Virus record (IMG/VR): IMGVR_UViG_3300025110_000007
Span: 1-64,000 of that record
Direction: 5' to 3' (one strand)
From: a virus
DNA length: 64,000 nucleotides
In this document: piece by piece, positions 16,803 through 26,636 of the stretch
Layout of the letters: every line of letters begins with the position of its first letter
Position numbering within the stretch: the first letter of the stretch is position 1
Program-made: the position numbers and the translations under genes
Notes under the pieces: generated by a model
The model's database searches: none
What the model saw: only the letters and a program-made list of their open reading frames with translations
What the model was told of the DNA's origin: nothing

Positions 16803-19179
16803 TGCTTACATTCCCCATTACGAGTCTCGTGATGTACTTTACTGTCGCTGGCGTGACAAGGATGGCTCTCTCATAGAGAAACATGTGACTGATTTCGAGC
16901 CGTACTTCTGGGCCAATGCGTCTGACAGAAACAAGTTAGTCAGCATGGTGTCAGCGTACCCCGGTGCTCGTATTGATTGGAATCAAAAGGCCACTGGGCG
17001 GAACAAGGAAGAACTCGTGAAGGTCTTACCGTACCGCCACAAGGATATTTGGGGCATGAGAAAACAAGTTGATACTTGGGAAGCAGACATGAAATTGTCT
17101 GACCGCTACCTCATAGACAGTTGGACACAGATGCCTGATTGGAAGCCGAGAGTATGGCACATCGACCTTGAGTGGGACCCAAAGGATAAGTTCACCACCG
17201 TGATAGGGATAGCCGACAGTCAAAGCGGAGAGCATGTGGCCTTCTGCTGGTCAGAAGAATCAGCCGAACAACTCAGGGAATGGGAGTCGGTTGAAACGAC
17301 CCGCTCTATGGACTGGGAAAACAGTAAGGGTCAGGTATCTGATGTCACATACCGCAGAGTACTGTGCAATTCAGAGAAAGCCATTTACACCAAGTTCCTT
17401 GATTATCTTGAAGAGTGCAACCCCGATGTCATTGTTGCGCACGCTCTTATGTGGGCAGACCTGCCTCATATCATCGCTCGTTTGAGCGACCGAAAGGTGC
17501 TTGGGAAAGATGCTTATCGTCGCCTCAGCCCTATCGGGAGGGTGATGAAACCTGATGAAAATGGCTACAAGAAGCCTACAATGCAACCAATCGCTGGTCG
17601 TCTGTGTTTTGATACAGCCGCCTCACTTGAGAGCGGTACAGGCTTTGAGCGGGTGTGGAAGGACAGTGGTAAGCCCCAGTTGGCCAGTCGGAAATTGGAC
17701 TTTATCACAGGGCCAGACCTGTTGGACTACGGTGGTAAGTTGGAAATGTCCGTATTCACTGGCTGGTACGAACGATTCGATGAGTTCGTCGACTATTGTA
17801 TGCGAGATGTAGCATTGCTCAAGCGTATGGATGAAAACAACCACATACTTGCCTTTTTCTTCGCTCTCCAACGAGTATGTGGCGTAGCCTTCGATTCAAC
17901 TCACAATGTCACCAGATTTGCAAGGGGGCTTATTGGTCGTCGTACAGACACCAAAGCACCTACCAACATGGACATCGAGCCGGAAGACTACCCCGGCGGC
18001 CACATTCCTGCTCCTACCCCCGGTCGATACCAAAATGTCGCCGTGGTGGATTACAAGCAACTTTACCCCTCAATTATTCAATCTCATAATCTCAGTTGGG
18101 AGTCCCGTGTTGACAGAGAACTACGCTTTGAAGACGATGTACGGGAACTACCTGACGGTACCTGTTGGCGACAAGGTAAGCCTGCCCTGTTGCCAAGGAT
18201 TGTCACCGAGTTGGTCAAACTCCGTGACGAATACAAAGGCAACATGAAGACGGCCGCTGACCCTATCGAAAGGTCTGGCTGGAACACTATGCAACTCGCA
18301 GTAAAAAGGTGTATGGCGTCACTATATGGTATGTGCGCAAGTACTTACTGGGGATGGGCGGCCCCCGACATCGCCTCTGCTATCACGGCCTGTGGTCGTG
18401 AGGCAGTCAAATTTCTCATGGAAGAATCTGAGAAGCAGGGCTACAATGCACTGTACGGTCACACCGACTCAGCCTTCGTACAAATCCCATTCGACGAGGT
18501 GCCAGCACTTGCTGAGCATCTGACACAGACGGTTCAAAGAGAACACCAAGCAAGTCACTTTATTGTTGAATTTGAAGCGTTCATGCCCTACTGGGTCACT
18601 GGTGGTAAGAACCTGTACTATGGTATTTGCTCATGGCCTCCAGAGGACGAAGGTAAGGCCAAGTCAGCACGCTGGGGCAAAATCAGTACCCTGTCTCCTG
18701 TGTCGAGGACGCTTGAAAAGGATGTGCTGAACATGCTTTGTAAGGGTGCTGATGAGAACGAAGTAGTCACTCATGTGAGGGAAATATCTCTGCGAATCAA
18801 ATCAGGTGACATTGACATACCGGAGGTTTCTGGCGTCACTCGTATTCAAAAGGACCTGTGGGAGTACGCTGATAGCGTAGGTGTCCCCGGTGTAAAGGGT
18901 GCACGGTACTACAACCTGCACCTCTCTGACCAATTCACTCACCCCATATTCAAGAAGGGTGACAGCGTCAAATGGGTCTATGCAAAATCGGACCCTCAAG
19001 GTAGGCACATTGATGACATTGTAGCCTATCACGAAACAGAAGACCTTGATGGCTTTACTCTCGACCACGATAAGATGGTTCAGAAGTTAGTCGTTGAGAA
19101 AATCAAACCTATGTTCAAGGCCATGAAGTGGTCAACAGACTATGCGAGCGGTATGCCTCGCCCCAAAACCTACTGGTAG
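16792..19179 (+). CDS. polB: Family B DNA polymerase
   Basis: ExoI IDLE, ExoIII YCMRD, DYKQLYPSII, KRCMASLYG, YGHTDS, KNLYYG; start set at ATG 16792 (GAGGT SD). Confidence 0.95.
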   Translation: MIVDAYIPHYESRDVLYCRWRDKDGSLIEKHVTDFEPYFWANASDRNKLVSMVSAYPGARIDWNQKATGRNKEELVKVLPYRHKDIWGMRKQVDTWEADMKLSDRYLIDSWTQMPDWKPRVWHIDLEWDPKDKFTTVIGIADSQSGEHVAFCWSEESAEQLREWESVETTRSMDWENSKGQVSDVTYRRVLCNSEKAIYTKFLDYLEECNPDVIVAHALMWADLPHIIARLSDRKVLGKDAYRRLSPIGRVMKPDENGYKKPTMQPIAGRLCFDTAASLESGTGFERVWKDSGKPQLASRKLDFITGPDLLDYGGKLEMSVFTGWYERFDEFVDYCMRDVALLKRMDENNHILAFFFALQRVCGVAFDSTHNVTRFARGLIGRRTDTKAPTNMDIEPEDYPGGHIPAPTPGRYQNVAVVDYKQLYPSIIQSHNLSWESRVDRELRFEDDVRELPDGTCWRQGKPALLPRIVTELVKLRDEYKGNMKTAADPIERSGWNTMQLAVKRCMASLYGMCASTYWGWAAPDIASAITACGREAVKFLMEESEKQGYNALYGHTDSAFVQIPFDEVPALAEHLTQTVQREHQASHFIVEFEAFMPYWVTGGKNLYYGICSWPPEDEGKAKSARWGKISTLSPVSRTLEKDVLNMLCKGADENEVVTHVREISLRIKSGDIDIPEVSGVTRIQKDLWEYADSVGVPGVKGARYYNLHLSDQFTHPIFKKGDSVKWVYAKSDPQGRHIDDIVAYHETEDLDGFTLDHDKMVQKLVVEKIKPMFKAMKWSTDYASGMPRPKTYW

Positions 19180-19181
19180 GG

Positions 19182-19188
19182 TTAAATA
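19182..19188 (+). promoter_or_regulatory. Putative TATA box (TTAAATA)
   Basis: Right after the polB stop, about 25-30 bp before ATG 19212. Confidence 0.4.
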
Positions 19189-19211
19189 CCAGAATAAGTT
19201 AGGTGCCTAAT

Positions 19212-19760
19212 ATGCGAAACATTGATGATGAAATTGTGAAAGCCGTTGAGAAAAACCCCGGACTAAGTCGTGGCGGTTTGATTAAACAGAACAAACCACT
19301 GCAAGATAGAAACAAGCAGTACATAGGCCTGCGATTACAGCACCTTTGTGAAAATGGTTTGATAAGTAAAAAAGGTGAGCGTAAGGGTACGAGATACTAT
19401 CCGTGTACAAATCAGGATAACTACGACCCAATAGGCTTCATGAAAAACAAGCAGACCTCGCAGAAAATCATTGATGTGTTCGATGAGGTTAAGCGTATGG
19501 TCGTCAAGAAAAACCAAGCATACGGTGACAGTATCTTCAAGCCGTCCCGAGTCTTTTACAAGGGCTCTGCTGAGCCCGGTGATTTGATTCGCATACGCAT
19601 GGATGATAAGATTAGCCGCCTGATTCAGGGCGACAAGGACATTGGCTCTGACGAAGATGTCATCAAAGACCTCATGGGCTACTGTGCTATTCTCTTAGTG
19701 ACCATGCGGGAAGACAAGGAACCACCGCAGAGTTCGATGAGGGATTACTTTGAGTCGTGA
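19212..19760 (+). CDS. Winged-helix domain fused to a DUF1599/Nmad1-like domain
   Basis: N-terminal NPGLSR...LQHLCENGLISKKGERKGTRYY; C-terminal KKNQAYGDS, IRMDDKISRL, EDVIKDLMGY. Confidence 0.65.
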   Translation: MRNIDDEIVKAVEKNPGLSRGGLIKQNKPLQDRNKQYIGLRLQHLCENGLISKKGERKGTRYYPCTNQDNYDPIGFMKNKQTSQKIIDVFDEVKRMVVKKNQAYGDSIFKPSRVFYKGSAEPGDLIRIRMDDKISRLIQGDKDIGSDEDVIKDLMGYCAILLVTMREDKEPPQSSMRDYFES

Positions 19761-20706
19761 TTGGTCCGCCTACGCTAAGTCCACCTACAAGTGGTACCAA
19801 GGGCACGAGAAGATGCTTCGTGTCACGAAATCGAGCCTTACCTCTGATTTTTCTTACTGTCCTAAGCAGTACGAGTACAAGCGCATCGACGGACGGAAGT
19901 CTCCACAGACAGATGCCATGACTCGTGGTACGAATGTTCACGATGCAATGGAACACTTCTATTTGCATGTCAAACCAGTGTATAGAAAGGCATACGAGCA
20001 AGTCAAAAAGAAAGACCGTGAAGGTGCAATGGAAGCACTCATGGCCTGCCTACCACAGCCAGACGAACCATACACACTGGGTGAAGAACCAATTCTGCGC
20101 CAACGCATAGAGTGGGAACTCGTGCGTCTTGAAGCAGACCCTGACAGGTTCCTACCCATCATCAACGAATTAGAGGTACATGCGTACCAAGATGTGGTTT
20201 TTGAGTTCAATGGCGAAAACATCACAGTACCTATTCACTTTGCGGGTAGCATTGACAGAGGCTATGAAACAGAGGAAGGGAAAGTCGCCTTGATGGAATT
20301 GAAGACTGGTAAGTGGAAACCTACCAACTTCAAGATACGAGGTATGCGTACTGAGATGGCCTTTTACATGGACCTCTTGCAGAAGGCAGAACACCCACTG
20401 AAAGATGTGACCCATTGGGGCTGGTTTTACCCAGCAGGGGAACGACCTGATGAGCATGGTACACAGAACGATGTGACCTACGAGAAAGTGAACCGTCGCT
20501 ACCTGACCTCACTACGAAACCAACTCAACAATCTTCTGGAGGCATACTTCACGAACAATTTCAAACCCGACCCAAGCCCCGGAAAGTGCGCTTGGTGTGA
20601 TTTCATAGCAGAGTGTCCTGCTTGGCAGGATGATGGTGATAAGTATTGGAAGATGCCACCAACTCGCCTTGAGAAACAAAGAAAACGGGAGGAGGCCCAA
20701 GAATGA
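19750..20706 (+). CDS. Cas4-like PD-(D/E)xK exonuclease with Fe-S ligands
   Basis: YCPKQY, GTNVH, GSIDR, ELKTG, CAWCDF...CP. Confidence 0.85.
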   Translation: MSRDWSAYAKSTYKWYQGHEKMLRVTKSSLTSDFSYCPKQYEYKRIDGRKSPQTDAMTRGTNVHDAMEHFYLHVKPVYRKAYEQVKKKDREGAMEALMACLPQPDEPYTLGEEPILRQRIEWELVRLEADPDRFLPIINELEVHAYQDVVFEFNGENITVPIHFAGSIDRGYETEEGKVALMELKTGKWKPTNFKIRGMRTEMAFYMDLLQKAEHPLKDVTHWGWFYPAGERPDEHGTQNDVTYEKVNRRYLTSLRNQLNNLLEAYFTNNFKPDPSPGKCAWCDFIAECPAWQDDGDKYWKMPPTRLEKQRKREEAQE

Positions 20707-20945
20707 TGTTGCTACCCTATGTGACAGAGGCAATTTGTTTCTGGATTAAATCGAAGTACGACCGTCCGTCGGTCGTGGGGTGGAGCCACCTTGACACAGG
20801 AGTGGTGAACATCAAGACCTTTGATGAAGAGGTTGAGATAACTTTGGATTACTCGCTACTTACCCCCAAGGGTGCGGCTCTTCGGACCATACTCACAAAC
20901 ATTGATGCTTTTTTGGAGGACTGGGTAAATGAGGCTGAAACTTGA
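20703..20945 (+). CDS. Hypothetical protein
   Basis: ORF track; GGAGG SD. Confidence 0.6.
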   Translation: MMLLPYVTEAICFWIKSKYDRPSVVGWSHLDTGVVNIKTFDEEVEITLDYSLLTPKGAALRTILTNIDAFLEDWVNEAET

Positions 20946-22032
20946 TTACCCTCGTGAAGTCCTTGAACTCAGCACCGAGAAAGGAAGAGGGTTCAGGAAA
21001 CTTGTGAACAGCAAGAGTGACTTTGAGAGGTACTGGCGTGGTAAGAATGGCGTGTCAAACGCCTACACTACCGTCTATGGGTACCGGGCCACACAGGCCC
21101 CACATCACCGCAGAGTAAATCTGTACACCCCTATCATCCGCCACTTTGTGCTGGACTTCGATGCCATAGATTTCCGAGATAGGAATCGTGGTTTGGTCGA
21201 GCCGGAAGAGCCGTTGGCACAGGCCATCAAACTTCACCGTCATTTGGTTGATAAGAACATCAGGCACGGTGTATGGTTCAGCGGCGGAGGCTACCATGTA
21301 TGGATAGCCTTGGCAGAGACACTCACGCCCTCAACGGGTTCACAACTGTCTGCAATCAAAGAAGCAGGTATGCGGCAAGTCAACGACTGGGTTAAGGAAT
21401 TTGACTTGTACTGCTGTGACCCTGCTGTGCCATTTGATACGAGTGGCTTAATTAGAATTCCCAACTCGTTTAACGCCAAGCGGGGTTTCTGGAGCATCCC
21501 TCTTTCAACAGAAGACTTGGAGAAGGGGTACTTACACATCGTACAGCAAGCAAAAGCCCACAAGAGCGGCTACATTGAGTACGGTACAAACGGTATCGCT
21601 CTTGAAATCCGTAAGGTTGCAGACAAGGTTGAAATCTTCAATCCTCAGTCCGAGGCGCTCGATTTACCTACTGTCAAAATGAACGATGTTATCATACTCC
21701 CTTGTCTGAATCAAGCGGCCTGTCAAGTTGGAGGCAACCCCAGCCATGATGCCCGTGTTCAGTTGGTCAAGTATCTGGCCAAGCGTAAGCGCAACTTCCT
21801 CTCCATCGAGCATTTCTCAAATGCGGACCTCCGGTCACACGGTGAAGAAATCGTCGACTACATTATGCGACTTCAATGGGCTGACCAAGACGAAGGTGTC
21901 ACACGGTATCAGGTTGATACCATTGTCACTAAGGATTATCCTCAAACATGCAAGATGCTGTGGGGCAAGGGTTTGTGCCTTGGTAAATGCAGGTATTGGG
22001 ACAAAACAGGAAGTGTTGAAAATGGCAGTTAA
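20929..22032 (+). CDS. Archaeo-eukaryotic primase, PriS fused to a PriL-like C-terminal domain
   Basis: LDFD, FSGGGYHVW, IRIPNS; C-terminal LPCL...SHDAR...QTC...CLGKC. Confidence 0.85.
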   Translation: MRLKLDYPREVLELSTEKGRGFRKLVNSKSDFERYWRGKNGVSNAYTTVYGYRATQAPHHRRVNLYTPIIRHFVLDFDAIDFRDRNRGLVEPEEPLAQAIKLHRHLVDKNIRHGVWFSGGGYHVWIALAETLTPSTGSQLSAIKEAGMRQVNDWVKEFDLYCCDPAVPFDTSGLIRIPNSFNAKRGFWSIPLSTEDLEKGYLHIVQQAKAHKSGYIEYGTNGIALEIRKVADKVEIFNPQSEALDLPTVKMNDVIILPCLNQAACQVGGNPSHDARVQLVKYLAKRKRNFLSIEHFSNADLRSHGEEIVDYIMRLQWADQDEGVTRYQVDTIVTKDYPQTCKMLWGKGLCLGKCRYWDKTGSVENGS

Positions 22033-22240
22033 TTGGTGCAGATTTTGTGGAAGGAAAATCAACCCGAGTACACAAGGGAAAAGGAGAAAAAAACCCATGT
22101 GCTACACCTGTCGGGAAGCAGGTGCTCCAGATGAGTTCAGATGCAAAGGTACCAATTCAAGTAAAAAAAGGTGCAAACAATGGGCCCTTGAAGACAAGAA
22201 TTACTGTGTTTCGCACAAACATCTGGAGGATAAAAAATGA
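22022..22240 (+). CDS. Basic Zn-finger protein
   Basis: CRFC, CYTC, CKG...C...CVSH. Confidence 0.65.
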   Translation: MAVNWCRFCGRKINPSTQGKRRKKPMCYTCREAGAPDEFRCKGTNSSKKRCKQWALEDKNYCVSHKHLEDKK

Positions 22241-22947
22241 GTACACCACCCCTAATTGTCGATAGCAACGAACGAGGTCCTCTGTACGAAGCAGTGGAAC
22301 GCATGGCCCGTAAGGAGGGTATCTTGGTCAAATCTCAATTCCTACAAGGGATGGGAGATTACAAAGCAGGTGACGGACATGTTGAGTGTAAAAGCCTCAA
22401 CGACTTCTTCCAATCCAGCCATAGCGGTCACTTGTGGCGTCAACTCGACAACCTCGACGCCAATTGTGGGCGTGTGTTTTTGGTTGTCCATGGTGACATT
22501 GCCAAGTACATCAAGATGGCACAGGCACGAGGTAAGAAGACTTCATACTCACGAGTCACCAACGAATTGATGGGTACTTTTGCCCGCATCATGGCTGATT
22601 TCGATTGTCATATTTACAAAGCCAAGGACCATGTGGAAGCCGCAATGTTCCTTGTCAAATTACATCAAAAGTTGCATAAGCCAGCCAGTAGGCATGGTGC
22701 AAGGGCGGTCACAAGAGTGTCCACTAACGATGTACGGCAGGACATGTTGCTCGCAATTCCGGGCTTTGGTCCCGATTTAGTCAGTAAGTTAATCGACAAA
22801 TGTGGCAGTATTGAGGAGATGGTTTATATCGAATCACTGAAACGGGTCAAAGGTATGGGACCCGTATTGCGCCAAAGGCTCATCGATGTTCTTACATCGG
22901 AAGAAGCCGTGCGTGTCGAGAAAACATATCAGAAACGGAGAGAATGA
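22237..22947 (+). CDS. ERCC4/XPF-type nuclease with HhH motifs
   Basis: VDSNE, GDY, VECKSLNDF, IPGFG, VKGMG. Confidence 0.88.
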   Translation: MSTPPLIVDSNERGPLYEAVERMARKEGILVKSQFLQGMGDYKAGDGHVECKSLNDFFQSSHSGHLWRQLDNLDANCGRVFLVVHGDIAKYIKMAQARGKKTSYSRVTNELMGTFARIMADFDCHIYKAKDHVEAAMFLVKLHQKLHKPASRHGARAVTRVSTNDVRQDMLLAIPGFGPDLVSKLIDKCGSIEEMVYIESLKRVKGMGPVLRQRLIDVLTSEEAVRVEKTYQKRRE

Positions 22948-22948
22948 A

Positions 22949-24364
22949 ATGATGGACCACAACGCAGACAAGTACGAAGCAGTGCAACGATACCCGATTT
23001 TAAAGGGCTACCTCAGTCACTTTAGAGAGGTAAGTAAAAACAACGAAATTCCCGGCATGCTGTCATTCTTTTACATCCTCGGGCAGGTTTCCCTGCCCTT
23101 TGTCCGAATCCCAATCGGCGGGAGCAACATCGATAGCAGAGTCAGCGTCTTCTGGATTCAGGACACACGGACAGGTAAATCGGTAGCATTTGAAATCGTA
23201 CAGCGTGTCTGTCGTGACATTGGCATAGAGGCTGTGGATTACAGTACTGGTACAGATGCGGCTCTTGTGGGGTCATTCGTACAGGAGAACTCCGATGAGC
23301 CCCCTGTTCAAAGACCCGGCGTTCTGGCAGGACGAAAATGCATGAACTTCGACGAAGGTAGCATCTTACTCAAACCAAACCAGCACTCTGAGGGAACAGT
23401 TCTGTTCTTACAGACAGCCCTAAACGCCGCCGGTACCGGTCGAAATGTACTGACTAAGCACTTGCGTGATGGTACAATCAACATCAAATCCGAAGTGTCA
23501 CTCTGGATTACAACATTCCCTCCGAAGGGAATCAGAGAGCATGTACTGGACAAGGGTATCTTTCAAAGAGTACTGCTCTATTGGCGTGACTGGACCATCG
23601 AGATGAAGCGTGAAGTCGCTCACGAACTGGCGGCAAGTGTTCACAGAAGAACAAAGCACTCTGTGTCTTACAATGAGATTATCAAGTTCTTTAACGAACT
23701 TCAACTAAGCCTTCGCAGAAGAGTCTGTGACTTGGTAGGCATCACGCCCTTGCAGTGGGAAGAGGCTGACGACGACAGTCAGGAAGCATGGGCTATGGAG
23801 GTCATAGACGAGATGTTCACAATCGACGATTCGTATGTACCTGCACTCATCAGTGCGATTGACGAGTACTACCACTTGGTCGAGCAAATGGACCCCCACA
23901 AGCAAGGCGTCTGTGCGTCGTTTATCATGGGACTTCAAAATTACACCAACATCATCGCTCACCACTTCGCTATGATTGAGGGTACATGGGTTGTCCGTGG
24001 CGACCACATTGACATGGCTAAGGAAATCCTGTACGACCTGTATCACAACCTCATCCACTGGCTGGAAGCAGAAGTGAAGGTCGGAATGGGTGTCAAAGAA
24101 GCCAAGAACATGGAAATCGGATGGAAGAAGGGCTACTTCGCCTGTCAGCGTGTTGACTTCGACGATGCCCGTGGAGAGGGCTGGGTCAGGAAGACAGAAC
24201 TGTACACTTCATACGGTAAGAACCAGAACCTCAGTAGCAACAATTCAATCAACAAGCGGTACAATGATTTCGGTGCCAAGTTGTTTGAAGAAACCAGTCA
24301 CAAAGTCAAGAAGTATGTACGCCTACGCAAGGAGCACCTCAAGGGAGGAATCCCGAATGAGTGA
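22949..24364 (+). CDS. MCM-like replicative helicase (divergent)
   Basis: DTRTGKS, STGTDAALVGS, PGVL, NFDE, GIFQR. Confidence 0.75.
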   Translation: MMDHNADKYEAVQRYPILKGYLSHFREVSKNNEIPGMLSFFYILGQVSLPFVRIPIGGSNIDSRVSVFWIQDTRTGKSVAFEIVQRVCRDIGIEAVDYSTGTDAALVGSFVQENSDEPPVQRPGVLAGRKCMNFDEGSILLKPNQHSEGTVLFLQTALNAAGTGRNVLTKHLRDGTINIKSEVSLWITTFPPKGIREHVLDKGIFQRVLLYWRDWTIEMKREVAHELAASVHRRTKHSVSYNEIIKFFNELQLSLRRRVCDLVGITPLQWEEADDDSQEAWAMEVIDEMFTIDDSYVPALISAIDEYYHLVEQMDPHKQGVCASFIMGLQNYTNIIAHHFAMIEGTWVVRGDHIDMAKEILYDLYHNLIHWLEAEVKVGMGVKEAKNMEIGWKKGYFACQRVDFDDARGEGWVRKTELYTSYGKNQNLSSNNSINKRYNDFGAKLFEETSHKVKKYVRLRKEHLKGGIPNE

Positions 24365-24509
24365 GTGCATGGTATGCGGTGACCCCGGTCACGGTGAGAA
24401 TTTCTCACAGTGCGGTACCGACTACAAGGGTCGGCCCAAGTATATTTGTCCGCCATGTTCAAAAGTCGTGAACGAAGTCTTTGCAATTGTCGGGAGGCCG
24501 CTGGTATGA
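24357..24509 (+). CDS. 50-aa Zn-finger protein
   Basis: CMVC...CPPC; GGAGG SD. Confidence 0.6.
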   Translation: MSECMVCGDPGHGENFSQCGTDYKGRPKYICPPCSKVVNEVFAIVGRPLV

Positions 24510-25117
24510 CGGGAATCTTATCTATTGACATCGAAACAAAGAACTTCTCACACGAGATAGGCGGCTGGGGCAACACCCATCTTTTTGAGCCTACCGTGGT
24601 TGCTACATGGGACGGTACTGATGGTACCGTGTACTGCAACAAGTCACAAGCAAAGGAATTCCTTGACAAAGGCGTCAAGGTAAAACCCCTACACTCAGAA
24701 ATACTTGGCAAGGACATAGAAGCACACATAGCCAAGGGTGGCAAGGTGATTGGTCACAACATCGTGGGCTTCGATTTACCTATTCTCAGAGATAGCCTTG
24801 ACTGCTGGTCAGCGGGCGATATTCTCGGCAAGGCAGGGGATTGTATCATCGATACTTCTGCAAAATTACGGTCGGCCACAGGGTCGACAATTCCGTTGGC
24901 AGACGCATGTCTGCACACCCTTGGTAAAGGGAAGACGATGAAAAGCCACGACGCTCCATTGGAGTGGCGCAAAGGCAACTATGGCAAGGTGGCAGACTAC
25001 TGCCTCAAGGACGCTCAACTCGCATACGAATTATGGGAGCATGGGAACAAAGAAGGATTTGTCAAGGCCCGTTGCAGAAAGACGGGCGTCGTCAAAGAAT
25101 TCGACATACAATGGTAA
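24506..25117 (+). CDS. DEDD/RNase H-like exonuclease
   Basis: IDIET, GHNIVGFDLP, YCLKD. Confidence 0.8.
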   Translation: MTGILSIDIETKNFSHEIGGWGNTHLFEPTVVATWDGTDGTVYCNKSQAKEFLDKGVKVKPLHSEILGKDIEAHIAKGGKVIGHNIVGFDLPILRDSLDCWSAGDILGKAGDCIIDTSAKLRSATGSTIPLADACLHTLGKGKTMKSHDAPLEWRKGNYGKVADYCLKDAQLAYELWEHGNKEGFVKARCRKTGVVKEFDIQW

Positions 25118-25130
25118 GAGAGGAATACAC

Positions 25131-26636
25131 ATGACCGAGAAAAAACAAACAGCACAGAGCCTAAACATCAGAGCCGCTAAAGCGATTGCCGACACAGTTC
25201 GGTCAACGCTTGGACCAGCGGGGATGGACAAAATGATGGTTGACGGGGGTGGCAATGTCATCGTGACAAACGATGGCGCTACAATCCTACAACAACTTGA
25301 CATCACCCACCCCGGTGCGAAGATGATTGTTGAAGCCGCAAACACGCAAGAAACCATGTGCTACGATGGCACTACGACTACGACAATTCTGGCTGGCGAA
25401 CTGCTGGCCAATACACAAGAACTGTTCAACAAAGGATTGCATCCTAATGTAGTCTGCAAAGGGTATCGTCAAGCCGCCAAGTGGGCAGTGGAACACATCA
25501 ATGGTATCACCGTCGAAGACATCGAGCCGTACCTACGAGAAGTGGCAAGGACCGCTATTACAGGCAAAGCACTGGAGAGCAACGAGGAGCAAGTCAGTGC
25601 CCTCTGCGTTGAGGCAGTCAATCGTGCCAAGGGCGACATCAAGCGCATCAGCGTCGTGTGTCAACCGGGCGGCTCACTGGAAGATTCGTACTGTTTCTCT
25701 GGCAAAATCTTGAATCAGACTTTCATGATGTCAAGCATGAAGAACGAGCCTACACCACAGGTAGTCCTCATTAACTCTGGACTTTCCAAGAAAGAAGACA
25801 GCGTACAAGTCAATGTGTCAAATGTTGGTGACTACAAGTCGTATCAAGAATATGCTAACAAGGACATCTGGCAAGAGAAGGTGGAAAAAATCGCCAACCT
25901 ACTACCGAAAGGTGGAGTTGTCTTCTGCCGTGATTCAGTCAACGAACTGGTAGCGGCCCTGCTTTCCAAGAACAACATCAGTGTTGCTCAGCGAGTCCCT
26001 CCGAGCGACATGGAGGCCATGGCTATCCTCCTCGGCACGACAGTGGCCCACTCAGTCGAAGACTTGAATGGTGCTGACCCAGCAGGCAAGGTGCTTCAAT
26101 TCACCATGGGTGATATGCAATACATCAGCATCGAGGATGTCCACGGTGGAGAAAACACCGTCACTACCTTGGTCCTACGAGGAGCCACACGCCAGACACT
26201 CGACGAAACGGAACGAGGCTTCGACGACGCATTGGGCGTGGTCTGCCTTGCTTTCAACAGCGAGCGCATCGTCAGAGGAGGAGGCTCGTCTTACATGAAC
26301 GCCGCCCTCAACCTGCGCTCCCGTGCCGCTGAAATCGGCGGTCGGGCACAGATGGCTATCGAAGCCTTTGCCAACGCCTTGGAGAGCATCCCTGCTACCA
26401 TTGCGCAGAACGCAGGTCACGACCCGCTGGACACCATCCTTGAGTTGAGGAACGAACATCTGCAAGGCAACTTTGATTACGGCCCCGATATTTACAACGG
26501 CGGTACAATCTCAATGGAAGGGGCGAATGTATGGGAACCGTACGAACTTGTGAAGCAGGCTATTCAGTCAGCAAGCGAGGTCAGCATTAGCATCCTACGC
26601 ATCGATGACATCATTGGACGGAAGTCTGAGGATTGA
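25131..26636 (+). CDS. Group II chaperonin (thermosome-like)
   Basis: STLGPAGMDKM, TNDGATIL, DGTTT, ILRIDD. Confidence 0.95.
   Translation: MTEKKQTAQSLNIRAAKAIADTVRSTLGPAGMDKMMVDGGGNVIVTNDGATILQQLDITHPGAKMIVEAANTQETMCYDGTTTTTILAGELLANTQELFNKGLHPNVVCKGYRQAAKWAVEHINGITVEDIEPYLREVARTAITGKALESNEEQVSALCVEAVNRAKGDIKRISVVCQPGGSLEDSYCFSGKILNQTFMMSSMKNEPTPQVVLINSGLSKKEDSVQVNVSNVGDYKSYQEYANKDIWQEKVEKIANLLPKGGVVFCRDSVNELVAALLSKNNISVAQRVPPSDMEAMAILLGTTVAHSVEDLNGADPAGKVLQFTMGDMQYISIEDVHGGENTVTTLVLRGATRQTLDETERGFDDALGVVCLAFNSERIVRGGGSSYMNAALNLRSRAAEIGGRAQMAIEAFANALESIPATIAQNAGHDPLDTILELRNEHLQGNFDYGPDIYNGGTISMEGANVWEPYELVKQAIQSASEVSISILRIDDIIGRKSED

Noticed and set aside
15-25496. Minus-strand ORFs across the replication block
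   Set aside because: Antisense to a tightly coupled + strand gene chain; no supporting motifs.
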